The translations under genes were made by a program, and so were the position numbers. Positions 1-17,045 of a DNA stretch of 64,000 nucleotides are shown one piece after another. The notes below the pieces were generated by a model that was given only the letters and a program-made list of their open reading frames with translations, was not told where the DNA came from and made no database searches. Each line of letters opens with the position of its first letter. Positions within the stretch are counted from its first letter, which is position 1. The DNA lies in the NCBI RefSeq assembly GCF_056746865.1, contig NZ_CM163382.1; one strand, written 5' to 3'.

Positions 1-19
1 CCATCAAAAGACGTTCACG

Positions 20-1174
20 ATGCTGCTGGTTCTGGTGCTGATTGGTCTTAATATGCGACCACTGCTCACCTCCGTCGGACCACTGCTACCGCAATTGCGT
101 CAGGCGAGTGGAATGAGCTTTAGCGTGGCAGCCCTGTTGACTGCTCTGCCGGTGGTTACCATGGGCGGGCTGGCGCTGGCCGGAAGCTGGCTTCATCAGC
201 ATGTCAGCGAACGTCGCAGCGTCGCCATCAGTTTGTTACTGATTGCCGTCGGTGCATTGATGCGTGAGCTTTACCCCCAAAGTGCGCTGCTGCTTAGCAG
301 CGCACTGCTTGGTGGAGTGGGGATCGGCATCATTCAGGCAGTGATGCCTTCGGTAATTAAGCGGCGGTTTCAGCACCGTACGCCACTGGTGATGGGGCTG
401 TGGTCCGCGGCTCTGATGGGCGGCGGTGGACTTGGTGCCGCCATTACGCCCTGGTTAGTTCAACATAGCGAAACCTGGTATCAAACACTCGCCTGGTGGG
501 CGCTGCCTGCCGTTGTTGCGCTCTTTGCCTGGTGGTGGCAAAGCGCCCGCGAGGTCGCCTCTTCTCACAAGACAACAACCACTCCGGTTCGCGTGGTATT
601 TACTCCCCGCGCCTGGACGCTGGGTGTTTACTTCGGTCTGATTAACGGCGGTTACGCCAGCCTGATTGCCTGGTTACCCGCTTTCTATATTGAGATTGGT
701 GCCAGCGCGCAGTACAGCGGTTCCTTGCTGGCATTGATGACGCTTGGGCAAGCAGCAGGGGCATTGCTAATGCCTGCTATGGCTCGCCATCAGGATCGGC
801 GCAAACTTTTGATGCTGGCGCTGGCGTTACAACTGGTGGGGTTCTGCGGCTTTATCTGGCTGCCGCTGCAATTGCCGGTATTGTGGGCAATGGTGTGTGG
901 GTTAGGTCTGGGCGGCGCATTTCCGCTCTGTTTGCTGCTGGCGCTCGATCACTCTGCGCAACCCGCTATTGCTGGCAAACTGGTGGCGTTTATGCAGGGG
1001 ATCGGTTTTATCATCGCCGGGCTTGCCCCGTGGTTTTCTGGTGTGCTGCGTAGTATCAGTGGCAATTACTTGATGGACTGGGCGTTTCATGCGCTGTGCG
1101 TCGTTGGGCTGATGATCATAACCCTGCGTTTTGCACCAGCACGTTTTCCGCAGCTGTGGGTCAAAGAGGCATGA
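20..1174 (+). CDS. cynX: cyanate transporter CynX (MFS family)
   Basis: 384-aa hydrophobic multi-span ORF; directly upstream of and convergent with lacA as in the E. coli cyn-lac locus. Confidence 0.85.
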   Translation: MLLVLVLIGLNMRPLLTSVGPLLPQLRQASGMSFSVAALLTALPVVTMGGLALAGSWLHQHVSERRSVAISLLLIAVGALMRELYPQSALLLSSALLGGVGIGIIQAVMPSVIKRRFQHRTPLVMGLWSAALMGGGGLGAAITPWLVQHSETWYQTLAWWALPAVVALFAWWWQSAREVASSHKTTTTPVRVVFTPRAWTLGVYFGLINGGYASLIAWLPAFYIEIGASAQYSGSLLALMTLGQAAGALLMPAMARHQDRRKLLMLALALQLVGFCGFIWLPLQLPVLWAMVCGLGLGGAFPLCLLLALDHSAQPAIAGKLVAFMQGIGFIIAGLAPWFSGVLRSISGNYLMDWAFHALCVVGLMIITLRFAPARFPQLWVKEA

Positions 1175-1214
1175 TGCGACGCTTGTTTCGCCAGATAATG
1201 GAAGAGTGAATTAT

Positions 1215-1252
1215 TGTCGGATGTGCCCAATGGCGCATCCGACATTTATTTC
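1215..1252 (+). terminator. hairpin plus T-tract between convergent cynX and lacA
   Basis: inverted repeat tgtcggatg / catccgaca followed by tttatttc. Confidence 0.4.
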
Positions 1253-1261
1253 AGTGCTAAT

Positions 1262-1873
1262 TTAAACTGAAGGTTCAACTTTATAATCTTTGTAATAATA
1301 GTGCTTATCCCGGTCGTTTATTTCGCGAATAACCCGGCAAGGAACGCCAGCAGCCACGACGTTTGGTGGAATGTCTTTTATGACGACACTACCCGCGCCA
1401 ATAACAGAATTATCCCCGATGGTGACGCCTGGATTAATGACCACATGACTTCCGATCCAGACGTTATTGCCAATCGTTATCGGAAAAGAGTACATCTCAC
1501 CGTTTTTTCTTAATTCATGGTGTACCGGGTGTCCCGTAACGGAAAGAGTAACGTTGGGTGCAATCAGTACGTTATCACCGATTGTTACCGTGTAGTCATC
1601 GACAATGGTTAAATTAAAATTTGCATAAAAATTGCGGCCTATATGGATGTTGGAACCGTAAGAGAAATAGACGGGAGGTTCTACCCAGGCGTTTTCCCCT
1701 ACCGTGGCAAACATTTCTTTAATCAGGCTTTCTCTTTTTTCAACTTCTGATGGATGCGAGTGATTAAACTCATACATTAACGTTTTCCCACGAAGTCTTT
1801 TTTCCGGTAAGCCTTCGCACATATCGGTAAATAGCTTGCCTGCTTTTATTCTTTCGGTCATTGGCATGTTCAT
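1262..1873 (-). CDS. lacA: galactoside O-acetyltransferase
   Basis: protein begins MNMPMTERI at the internal Met of the 220-aa track ORF (203 aa); hexapeptide-repeat acyltransferase; downstream of lacY. Confidence 0.92.
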   Translation of the reverse strand: MNMPMTERIKAGKLFTDMCEGLPEKRLRGKTLMYEFNHSHPSEVEKRESLIKEMFATVGENAWVEPPVYFSYGSNIHIGRNFYANFNLTIVDDYTVTIGDNVLIAPNVTLSVTGHPVHHELRKNGEMYSFPITIGNNVWIGSHVVINPGVTIGDNSVIGAGSVVIKDIPPNVVAAGVPCRVIREINDRDKHYYYKDYKVEPSV

Positions 1874-1898
1874 TGCGATCATTCCGTTATGATATGTT

Positions 1899-1930
1899 GG
1901 TCGGATAAGGCGCTCGCGCCGCATCCGACA
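1899..1930. repeat. REP-like palindromic element between lacY and lacA
   Basis: ggtcggataaggcgctcgcgccgcatccgac imperfect palindrome. Confidence 0.5.
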
Positions 1931-1938
1931 TTGATTGC

Positions 1939-3237
<1,299 letters not shown>

Positions 3238-3243
3238 TTATTA

Positions 3244-6356
<3,113 letters not shown>

Positions 6357-6362
6357 CCACAC

Positions 6363-6430
6363 AACATACGAGCCGGACGCATAAAGTGTAAAGCCTGGGG
6401 TGCCTAATGAGTGAGCTGACTCACATTAAT
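6363..6430 (-). promoter_or_regulatory. lac promoter (-10, -35) and CRP (CAP) binding site
   Basis: minus-strand tttaca ... tatgtt hexamers and tgtgagtcagctcact CRP-like palindrome (taatgagtgagctgactcacatta on the plus strand). Confidence 0.75.
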
Positions 6431-6448
6431 TGCGTTGCGCTCACTGCC
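6428..6448. promoter_or_regulatory. lac auxiliary operator O3 (overlaps lacI 3' end)
   Basis: aattgcgttgcgctcactgcc = reverse complement of GGCAGTGAGCGCAACGCAATT. Confidence 0.6.
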
Positions 6449-7523
6449 CGCTTTCGAGTCGGGAAATTTGTCGCGCCAGCTGCATTAAAGAATCTGCCAA
6501 CGCCTGGGGAGAAGCGGTTTGCGTATTGGGCGGAAGGGTGGTTTTTCTTTTCACCAGTGAGACGGGCAACAGCTGATTGCCCTTCACCGCCTGGCCCTGA
6601 GAGAGTTGCAGCAAGCGGTCCACGCTGGTTTGCCCCAGCAGGCGAAAATCCTGTTTGATGGTGGTTAACGGCGGGATATAACACGAGCTGTCTTCGGTAT
6701 CGTCGTATCCCACTACCGAGATATCCGCACCAACGTGCAGCCCGGACTCGGTAATGGCGCGCATTGCGCCCAGCGCCATCTGATCGTTGGCAACCAGCAT
6801 CGCAGTAGGAACGATGTCCTCATTCAGCATTTGCATGGTTTGTTGAAAACCGGACATGGCACTCCAGTCGCCTTCCCGTTCCGCTATCGGCTGAATTTGA
6901 TTGCGAGTGAGATATTTATGCCAGCCCGCCAGGCGCAGACGTGCCGAGACAGAACTTAATGGACCTGCTAACAGCGCGATTTGCTGGTGACCCAATGCGA
7001 CCAGATGCTCCACGCCCAGTCGCGTACCGTCTTCATGGGAGAAAATAATACTGTTGATGGGTGTCTGGTCAGAGACATCAAGAAATAAAGCCGGAACATT
7101 AGTGCAGGCAGCTTCCACAGCAATGGCATCCTGGTCATCCAGCGGATAGTTAATGATCAGCCCACTGACGCGTTGCGCGAGAAGATTGTGCACCGCCGCT
7201 TTACAGGCTTCGACGCCGCTTCGTTCTACCATCGACACCACCACGCTGGCACCCAGTTGATCGGCGCGAGATTTAATCGCCGCGACAATTTGCGACGGCG
7301 CGTGCAGGGCCAGACTGGAGGTGGCAACGCCAATCAGCAACGACTGCTTGCCCGCCAGTTGTTGTGCCACGCGGTTGGGAATGTAATTCAGCTCCGCCAT
7401 CGCCGCTTCTACTTTTTCCCGCGTTTTCGCAGAAACGTGGCTGGCCTGGTTCACCACGCGGGAAACGGTCTGATAAGAGACACCGGCATACTCTGCGACA
7501 TCGTATAGCGTTACTGGTTTCAC
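6441..7523 (-). CDS. lacI: lactose operon repressor
   Basis: GTG start giving (M)KPVTLYDVAEYAGVSYQTVSRVV HTH, 360 aa, ends RLESGQ. Confidence 0.95.
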   Translation of the reverse strand: MKPVTLYDVAEYAGVSYQTVSRVVNQASHVSAKTREKVEAAMAELNYIPNRVAQQLAGKQSLLIGVATSSLALHAPSQIVAAIKSRADQLGASVVVSMVERSGVEACKAAVHNLLAQRVSGLIINYPLDDQDAIAVEAACTNVPALFLDVSDQTPINSIIFSHEDGTRLGVEHLVALGHQQIALLAGPLSSVSARLRLAGWHKYLTRNQIQPIAEREGDWSAMSGFQQTMQMLNEDIVPTAMLVANDQMALGAMRAITESGLHVGADISVVGYDDTEDSSCYIPPLTTIKQDFRLLGQTSVDRLLQLSQGQAVKGNQLLPVSLVKRKTTLPPNTQTASPQALADSLMQLARQISRLESGQ

Positions 7524-7599
7524 ATTCACCACCCTGAATTGACTCTCTTCCGGGCGCTATCATGCCATACCGCGAAAGGTTTTGCGCCATTCGATGGTG

Positions 7600-8433
7600 T
7601 CAACGTAAATGCATGCCGCTTCGCCGTCCGGCCACCAGAATAGCCTGCGATTCAACCCCTTCTTCGATCTGTTTTGCCACCCGTTGTAGCGCCGGAAGAT
7701 GCTTTTCCGCTGCCTGTTCAATGGTCATTGCGCTCGCCATATACACCAGATTCAGACAGCCAATCACCCGTTGTTCACTGCGCAGCGGTACGGCAATAGA
7801 GGCGATCTTTTCTTCTTGATCCCAGCCGCGGTAGTTCTGTCCGTACCCCTCTTTGCGCGCGCGCGCCAGAATGGCTTCCAGCTTTAACGGTTCCCGTGCC
7901 AGTTGATAGTCATCACCGGGGCGGGAGGCTAACATCTCGATTAATTCCTTGCGTTCTTGTTCCGGGCAAAAGGCCAGCCAGGTCAGGCCCGAGGCGGTTT
8001 TCAGGAGCGGTAAACGTCGCCCGACCATTGCCCGGTGAAAGGATAAGCGGCTGAAACGGTGAGTGGTTTCGCGTACCACCATTGCATCAACATCCAGCGT
8101 GGACACATCTGTCGGCCATACCACTTCGCGCAACAGATCGCCCAGCAGTGGGGCCGCCAGTGCAGAAATCCACTGTTCGTCACGAAATCCTTCGCTTAAT
8201 TGCCGCACTTTGATGGTCAGACGAAAACTGTCATCGGAGGGACTACGCCGGACATATCCCTCTTCCTGCAGCGTCTCCAGCAGTCGCCGCACAGTGGTGC
8301 GATGCAGGCCGCTGAGTTCCGCCAGCAGCCCGACGCTGGCACCGCCATCAAGTTTATTTAACATATTTAATAACATTAGACCGCGGGTTAAGCCGCGCAC
8401 GGTTTTGTATTCCGTCTGCTCATTGTTCTGCAT
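7600..8433 (-). CDS. mhpR: IclR-family transcriptional activator of the mhp operon
   Basis: protein from MQNNEQTEYKTVRGL (277 aa) within a longer track ORF; divergent from mhpA. Confidence 0.88.
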   Translation of the reverse strand: MQNNEQTEYKTVRGLTRGLMLLNMLNKLDGGASVGLLAELSGLHRTTVRRLLETLQEEGYVRRSPSDDSFRLTIKVRQLSEGFRDEQWISALAAPLLGDLLREVVWPTDVSTLDVDAMVVRETTHRFSRLSFHRAMVGRRLPLLKTASGLTWLAFCPEQERKELIEMLASRPGDDYQLAREPLKLEAILARARKEGYGQNYRGWDQEEKIASIAVPLRSEQRVIGCLNLVYMASAMTIEQAAEKHLPALQRVAKQIEEGVESQAILVAGRRSGMHLR

Positions 8434-8465
8434 ATTAATTGACATTTCTATAGTTAAAACAACGT

Positions 8466-8482
8466 TGTGCACCTGGTGCACA
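8466..8482. promoter_or_regulatory. 17-bp palindrome in the mhpR-mhpA intergenic region (probable MhpR operator)
   Basis: tgtgcacc-t-ggtgcaca perfect 8+1+8 inverted repeat upstream of mhpA. Confidence 0.55.
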
Positions 8483-8623
8483 TTCGGGCATGTTTTGATT
8501 GTAGCCGAAAACACCCTTCCTATACTGAGCGCACAATAAAAAATCATTTACATGTTTTTAACAAAATAAGTTGCGCTGTACTGTGCGCGCAACGGCATTT
8601 TGTCCGAGTCGTGAGGTACTGAA

Positions 8624-10288
8624 ATGGCAATACAACACCCTGACATCCAGCCTGCTGTTAACCATAGCGTTCAGGTGGCGATCGCTGGTGCCGGTCCGGT
8701 CGGGCTGATGATGGCGAACTATCTCGGCCAGATGGGCATTGACGTGCTGGTGGTGGAGAAACTCGATAAGTTGATCGACTACCCGCGGGCGATTGGTATT
8801 GATGACGAGGCGCTGCGCACCATGCAGTCGGTTGGCCTGGTCGATAATGTTCTGCCGCACACTACGCCGTGGCACGCGATGCGTTTTCTCACCCCGAAAG
8901 GCCGCTGTTTTGCTGATATTCAGCCAATGACCGATGAATTTGGCTGGCCGCGCCGTAACGCCTTTATTCAGCCTCAGGTCGATGCGGTGATGCTGGAAGG
9001 ATTGTCGCGTTTTCCGAATGTGCGCTGCCTGTTTTCCCGCGAGCTGGAGGCCTTCAGCCAGCAAGATGACGAAGTGACCTTGCACCTGAAAACGGAAGAA
9101 GGGCAGCGGGAAACGGTCAAAGCCCAGTGGCTGGTGGCCTGTGATGGTGGGGCAAGTTTTGTCCGTCGCACCCTGAATGTGCCGTTTGAAGGTAAAACTG
9201 CGCCAAATCAGTGGATTGTGGTAGATATCGCCAACGATCCGTTAAGTACGCCCCATATCTATTTGTGTTGTGATCCGGTGCGCCCGTATGTTTCTGCCGC
9301 GCTGCCTCATGCGGTACGTCGCTTTGAATTTATGGTGATGCCGGGAGAAACCGAAGAACAGCTGCGTGAGCCGCAAAATATGCGCAAGCTGTTAAGCAAA
9401 GTGCTGCCTAATCCGGACAATGTTGAATTGATTCGCCAGCGTGTCTATACCCATAACGCGCGACTGGCGCAACGTTTCCGTATTGATCGCGTACTGCTGG
9501 CGGGCGATGCCGCGCACATCATGCCGGTGTGGCAGGGGCAGGGCTATAACAGTGGTATGCGCGACGCCTTTAACCTCGCATGGAAACTGGCGTTGGTTAT
9601 CCAGGGGAAAGCCCGTGATGCGCTGCTCGATACCTATCAACAAGAACGTCGCGATCACGCCAAAGCGATGATTGACCTGTCCGTGACGGCGGGCAACGTG
9701 CTGGCTCCGCCGAAACGCTGGCAGGGTACGTTACGTGACGGCGTTTCCTGGCTGTTGAATTATCTGCCGCCAGTAAAACGCTACTTCCTCGAAATGCGCT
9801 TCAAGCCGATGCCGCAATATTACGGCGGTGCGCTGGTGCGTGAGGGCGAAGCGAAGCACTCTCCGGTCGGCAAGATGTTTATTCAGCCGAAAGTCACGCT
9901 GGAAAACGGCGACGTGACGCTGCTCGATAACGCGATCGGCGCGAACTTCGCGGTAATTGGCTGGGGATGCAATCCACTGTGGGGGATGAGCGACGAGCAA
10001 ATCCAGCAGTGGCGCGCGTTGGGCACACGCTTCATTCAGGTGGTGCCGGAAGTGCAAATTCATACCGCACAGGATAACCACGACGGCGTACTACGCGTGG
10101 GCGATACGCAAGGTCGCCTGCGTAGCTGGTTCGCGCAACACAATGCTTCGCTGGTGGTGATGCGCCCGGATCGCTTTGTTGCCGCCACCGCCATTCCGCA
10201 AACCCTGGGCAAGACCCTGAATAAACTGGCGTCGGTGATGACGCTGACCCGCCCTGATGCCGACGTTTCTGTCGAAAAGGTAGCCTGA
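8624..10288 (+). CDS. mhpA: 3-(3-hydroxyphenyl)propionate hydroxylase (FAD monooxygenase)
   Basis: 554 aa; [10 protein letters not shown] dinucleotide-binding motif; first gene of the mhp cluster. Confidence 0.9.
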   Translation: MAIQHPDIQPAVNHSVQVAIAGAGPVGLMMANYLGQMGIDVLVVEKLDKLIDYPRAIGIDDEALRTMQSVGLVDNVLPHTTPWHAMRFLTPKGRCFADIQPMTDEFGWPRRNAFIQPQVDAVMLEGLSRFPNVRCLFSRELEAFSQQDDEVTLHLKTEEGQRETVKAQWLVACDGGASFVRRTLNVPFEGKTAPNQWIVVDIANDPLSTPHIYLCCDPVRPYVSAALPHAVRRFEFMVMPGETEEQLREPQNMRKLLSKVLPNPDNVELIRQRVYTHNARLAQRFRIDRVLLAGDAAHIMPVWQGQGYNSGMRDAFNLAWKLALVIQGKARDALLDTYQQERRDHAKAMIDLSVTAGNVLAPPKRWQGTLRDGVSWLLNYLPPVKRYFLEMRFKPMPQYYGGALVREGEAKHSPVGKMFIQPKVTLENGDVTLLDNAIGANFAVIGWGCNPLWGMSDEQIQQWRALGTRFIQVVPEVQIHTAQDNHDGVLRVGDTQGRLRSWFAQHNASLVVMRPDRFVAATAIPQTLGKTLNKLASVMTLTRPDADVSVEKVA

Positions 10289-10289
10289 T

Positions 10290-11234
10290 ATGCACGCTTA
10301 TCTTCACTGTCTTTCCCACTCGCCGCTGGTGGGGTATGTCGACCCGGCGCAAGAGGTGCTCGATGAGGTCAATGGCGTGATTGCCAGCGCCCGCGAGCGT
10401 ATTGCGGCTTTCTCCCCTGAACTGGTGGTGCTGTTTGCGCCAGATCACTACAACGGCTTTTTCTATGACGTGATGCCACCGTTCTGTTTAGGCGTTGGAG
10501 CGACGGCAATTGGTGATTTCGGTAGTGCGGCAGGAGAGCTGCCCGTGCCTGTTGAGCTGGCGGAGGCCTGTGCGCATGCCGTCATGAAGAGCGGGATCGA
10601 TCTTGCCGTTTCTTACTGTATGCAGGTGGACCACGGGTTCGCCCAGCCGCTGGAGTTCCTGCTCGGCGGGCTGGATAAGGTGCCGGTTTTGCCTGTGTTC
10701 ATCAACGGTGTCGCCACGCCGTTGCCCGGTTTCCAGCGTACCCGCATGTTGGGTGAAGCCATTGGACGTTTCACCAGTACTCTCAATAAACGCGTGCTGT
10801 TCCTGGGTTCCGGTGGGCTTTCCCATCAGCCGCCGGTGCCAGAACTGGCGAAAGCCGATGCCCATATGCGCGACCGTCTGTTGGGGAGCGGGAAAGATTT
10901 ACCCGCCAGTGAGCGCGAATTGCGTCAGCAACGGGTGATTAGCGCCGCTGAGAAGTTTGTTGAGGATCAGAGAACGCTGCATCCCCTCAACCCGATTTGG
11001 GATAACCAGTTCATGACTTTGCTGGAGCAGGGACGCATACAGGAACTGGATGCCGTCAGTAACGAAGAGCTTTCCGCCATTGCCGGAAAGTCGACACATG
11101 AAATCAAAACCTGGGTCGCCGCTTTTGCCGCTATTTCTGCGTTTGGCAACTGGCGTAGCGAAGGGCGTTATTACCGCCCAATCCCGGAGTGGATTGCCGG
11201 ATTTGGCTCGTTAAGCGCCAGAACAGAGAACTGA
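10290..11234 (+). CDS. mhpB: 2,3-dihydroxyphenylpropionate 1,2-dioxygenase (extradiol)
   Basis: 314 aa; operon position after mhpA. Confidence 0.88.
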
Positions 11235-11251
11235 ATATGCAGGAGAAGATG

Positions 11252-12118
11252 ATGAGTTATCAGCCACAAACCGAAGCCGCCACCAGTCGTTTTCTGAATG
11301 TAGAAGAAGCGGGTAAAACGCTGCGCATCCATTTTAATGACTGCGGACAAGGCGACGAAACTGTTGTCCTGCTGCATGGTTCCGGCCCGGGTGCTACTGG
11401 CTGGGCGAACTTCAGCCGCAATATCGATCCGCTGGTAGAGGCGGGCTATCGGGTGATCCTGCTGGATTGTCCGGGTTGGGGTAAGAGCGATTCGATCGTT
11501 AATAGTGGTTCGCGATCGGATCTTAATGCGCGAATCCTGAAAAGCGTGGTGGATCAACTGGATATCGCCAAAATCCACCTGCTGGGCAACTCGATGGGCG
11601 GCCACAGTTCTGTGGCGTTCACTCTTAACTGGCCGGAGCGCGTCGGCAAACTGGTGCTGATGGGCGGCGGTACGGGCGGCATGAGTTTGTTTACGCCGAT
11701 GCCAACCGAAGGTATTAAGCGACTGAATCAGCTTTATCGTCAGCCGACTATCGAAAACCTGAAGCTGATGATGGATATCTTCGTTTTTGATACCAGCGAT
11801 TTGACCGACGCCCTGTTTGAAGCGCGCCTGAATAATATGCTGTCGCGCCGCGATCACCTGGAAAACTTCGTTAAGAGCCTGGAAGCCAATCCGAAACAGT
11901 TCCCGGATTTTGGCCCACGTCTGGCGGAAATCAAAGCGCAAACCCTGATTGTCTGGGGGCGCAACGACCGCTTTGTGCCGATGGATGCGGGTCTGCGTCT
12001 GCTGTCCGGCATTGCCGGTTCTGAACTGCATATCTTCCGCGACTGTGGTCACTGGGCGCAGTGGGAACATGCCGACGCTTTCAATCAACTGGTGCTGAAT
12101 TTCCTCGCACGCCCTTAA
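11252..12118 (+). CDS. mhpC: 2-hydroxy-6-oxononadienedioate hydrolase (alpha/beta hydrolase)
   Basis: [21 protein letters not shown] start preceded by aggag; GNSMGG nucleophile elbow; 288 aa. Confidence 0.88.
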
Positions 12119-13880
<1,762 letters not shown>

Positions 13881-13884
<4 letters not shown>

Positions 13885-14894
13885 ACGGTAAAAAACTTTA
13901 TATTTCGGACGTCACGTTGCGTGACGGTATGCACGCCATTCGTCATCAGTATTCGCTGGAAAATGTCCGCCAGATTGCCAAAGCACTGGACGATGCCCGC
14001 GTGGATTCGATTGAAGTGGCCCACGGCGACGGTTTGCAAGGTTCCAGCTTTAACTATGGTTTCGGCGCACATAGCGACCTAGAATGGATTGAAGCAGCGG
14101 CGGATGTGGTGAAGCACGCCAAAATCGCGACGTTGTTGCTGCCAGGAATCGGCACTATTCACGATCTGAAAAATGCCTGGCAGGCTGGCGCGCGGGTGGT
14201 TCGTGTGGCAACGCACTGTACCGAAGCTGATGTTTCCGCCCAGCATATTCAGTATGCCCGCGAGCTCGGAATGGACACCGTTGGTTTTCTGATGATGAGC
14301 CATATGACCACGCCGGAGAATCTCGCAAAGCAGGCAAAGCTGATGGAAGGCTACGGTGCGACCTGTATTTATGTGGTGGATTCTGGCGGTGCGATGAACA
14401 TGAGCGATATCCGTGACCGTTTCCGCGCCCTGAAAGCAGAGCTGAAACCAGAAACGCAAACCGGCATGCACGCTCACCATAACCTGAGTCTTGGCGTGGC
14501 GAACTCTATCGCGGCGGTGGAAGAGGGCTGTGACCGAATCGACGCCAGCCTCGCGGGAATGGGAGCGGGCGCAGGTAACGCGCCGCTGGAAGTATTTATT
14601 GCCGCCGCGGATAAACTGGGTTGGCAGCATGGGACCGATCTCTATGCGTTAATGGATGCCGCTGACGACCTGGTGCGTCCGTTGCAGGATCGACCGGTAC
14701 GAGTCGATCGCGAAACGCTGGCGCTGGGATACGCTGGTGTTTACTCCAGCTTCCTGCGTCACTGTGAAACGGCGGCGGCGCGTTATGGCTTAAGCGCGGT
14801 GGATATTCTCGTTGAGTTGGGCAAACGCCGGATGGTTGGCGGTCAGGAGGATATGATCGTCGATGTGGCGCTGGATCTGCGCAACAACAAATAA
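13881..14894 (+). CDS. mhpE: 4-hydroxy-2-oxovalerate aldolase
   Basis: 337 aa; 4-bp overlap with mhpF. Confidence 0.9.
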
Positions 14895-14942
14895 TGATGA
14901 CTGCCGAGAACGTGCATTTTGTATGCCCATCCCAGCACGACT

Positions 14943-14973
<31 letters not shown>

Positions 14974-15069
14974 TATATTTCGCCCGTAGGCAGTCATTAA
15001 ATGGTTCTGATTACGCGGCTGACAATGTATCAGCCGCGATTCACCTGCACTCGCAACGAGGTTCATCTT

Positions 15070-16281
15070 ATGTCGACTCGTACCCCTTCATCATCTTCAA
15101 CCCGCCTGATGCTGACCATCGGGCTTTGTTTTTTGGTCGCTCTGATGGAAGGGCTGGATCTTCAGGCGGCTGGCATTGCGGCGGGTGGCATCGCCCAGGC
15201 TTTCGCACTCGATAAAATGCAAATGGGCTGGATATTCAGCGCCGGAATACTCGGTTTGCTACCCGGCGCGCTGGTTGGCGGAATGCTGGCGGACCGTTAT
15301 GGTCGTAAGCGTATTTTAATTAGCTCAGTTGCGCTGTTTGGTTTGTTCTCACTGGCAACGGCGATTGCCTGGGATTTCCCCTCACTGGTCTTTGCGCGAC
15401 TGATTACCGGTGTCGGGCTGGGGGCGGCGTTGCCGAATCTGATCGCCCTGACGTCTGAAGCCGCGGGGCCACGTTTTCGTGGGACGGCAGTGAGCCTGAT
15501 GTATTGCGGTGTTCCCATTGGCGCGGCGCTGGCGGCGACACTGGGTTTCGCGGGGGCAAACTTAGCATGGCAAACGGTGTTTTGGGTAGGTGGTGTGGTG
15601 CCGTTGATTCTGGTGCCGCTATTAATGCGCTGGCTGCCGGAGTCGGCGGTGTTCGCTGGCGAAAAACAGGCCGCGCCTCCACTGCGTGCGTTATTTGCGC
15701 CAGAAACGGCAACCGCGACGCTGCTGCTGTGGTTGTGTTATTTCTTCACTCTGCTGGTGGTCTACATGTTGATCAACTGGCTACCGCTGCTTTTGGTGGA
15801 GCAAGGATTCCAGCCATCGCAGGCGGCAGGGGTGATGTTTGCACTGCAAATGGGTGCGGCAAGCGGGACGTTAATGTTGGGCGCATTGATGGATAAGCTG
15901 CGTCCAGTAACCATGTCGCTACTGATTTATAGCGGCATGTTAGCTTCGCTGCTGGCGCTGGGAACGGTGTCGTCATTTAACGGTATGTTGCTGGCGGGAT
16001 TCGTCGCGGGGTTGTTTGCGACAGGTGGGCAAAGCGTTTTGTATGCCCTGGCACCGTTGTTTTACAGTTCGCAGATCCGCGCAACAGGTGTGGGAACAGC
16101 CGTGGCGGTAGGGCGTCTGGGGGCTATGAGCGGTCCGTTACTGGCCGGGAAAATGCTGGCATTAGGCACTGGCACGGTTGGCGTAATGGCCGCTTCTGCG
16201 CCGGGTATTCTTGTTGCTGGCCTGGCAGTGTTTATTTTGATGAGCCGGAGATCACGAATGCAGCCGTGCGCCGATGCCTGA
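15070..16281 (+). CDS. mhpT: 3-hydroxyphenylpropionate MFS transporter
   Basis: MSTRTPSSSSTRLMLTIGL start (403 aa) inside a longer track ORF; multi-span MFS protein. Confidence 0.85.
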   Translation: MSTRTPSSSSTRLMLTIGLCFLVALMEGLDLQAAGIAAGGIAQAFALDKMQMGWIFSAGILGLLPGALVGGMLADRYGRKRILISSVALFGLFSLATAIAWDFPSLVFARLITGVGLGAALPNLIALTSEAAGPRFRGTAVSLMYCGVPIGAALAATLGFAGANLAWQTVFWVGGVVPLILVPLLMRWLPESAVFAGEKQAAPPLRALFAPETATATLLLWLCYFFTLLVVYMLINWLPLLLVEQGFQPSQAAGVMFALQMGAASGTLMLGALMDKLRPVTMSLLIYSGMLASLLALGTVSSFNGMLLAGFVAGLFATGGQSVLYALAPLFYSSQIRATGVGTAVAVGRLGAMSGPLLAGKMLALGTGTVGVMAASAPGILVAGLAVFILMSRRSRMQPCADA

Positions 16282-16381
16282 CGCGCCTTATTAAGCAGGG
16301 ACGAAAGGGACTTGCCCCAATACACCTACGGCGTTTACAGGTATACTCGCTAAAAATTATTCAGCGGGTTTGGAAACAAAG

Positions 16382-16921
16382 ATGGCAAAACTTACCTTAC
16401 AAGAGCAGTTGCTCAAAGCAGGATTAGTCACCAGCAAAAAAGCGGCGAAGGTCGAGAGAACGGCGAAAAAATCGCGCGTTCAGGCGCGTGAAGCTCGGGC
16501 GGCGGTAGAAGAAAATAAAAAGGCACAGCTTGAACGTGATAAACAGCTTAGCGAGCAGCAAAAACAAGCGGCGTTGGCGAAAGAATATAAAGCTCAGGTG
16601 AAGCAGCTCATTGAAATGAACCGAATCACCATTGTTAATGGCGATATTGGTTTTAACTTCACTGACGGTAATCTGATTAAGAAAATCTTTGTCGATAAGC
16701 TCACGCAAGCGCAGTTAATTAATGGTCGTCTGGCGATTGCCCGCTTGTTGCTCGATAACAATAGCGAAGGTGAATACGCCATTATTCCCGCCAGCGTTGC
16801 CGATAAAATTGCTCAGCGTGATGCCAGCAGTATTGTGTTGCACAGCGCGCTCAGTGCCGAAGAGCAGGATGAAGACGATCCGTATGCCGACTTCAAAGTG
16901 CCTGATGATTTGATGTGGTAA
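16382..16921 (+). CDS. yaiL: DUF2058-family protein YaiL
   Basis: MAKLTLQEQLLKAGLV start, 179 aa, lysine-rich N-terminal half. Confidence 0.8.
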   Translation: MAKLTLQEQLLKAGLVTSKKAAKVERTAKKSRVQAREARAAVEENKKAQLERDKQLSEQQKQAALAKEYKAQVKQLIEMNRITIVNGDIGFNFTDGNLIKKIFVDKLTQAQLINGRLAIARLLLDNNSEGEYAIIPASVADKIAQRDASSIVLHSALSAEEQDEDDPYADFKVPDDLMW

Positions 16922-16944
16922 ACATAGATAAGTCGTGCGCAGAT

Positions 16945-17031
16945 GCCTGATGCGACGCTATGCGCGTCTTATCATGCCTACGGCCTGCGGGCGAAATGTA
17001 GGCGGATAAGGCGTTCACGCCGCATCCGGCA
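16945..17031. repeat. pair of REP elements between yaiL and frmB
   Basis: gcctgatgcgacgctatgcgcgtcttatcatgcctac and gtaggcggataaggcgttcacgccgcatccggca. Confidence 0.6.
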
Positions 17032-17045
17032 GTCGTGCACTATTA

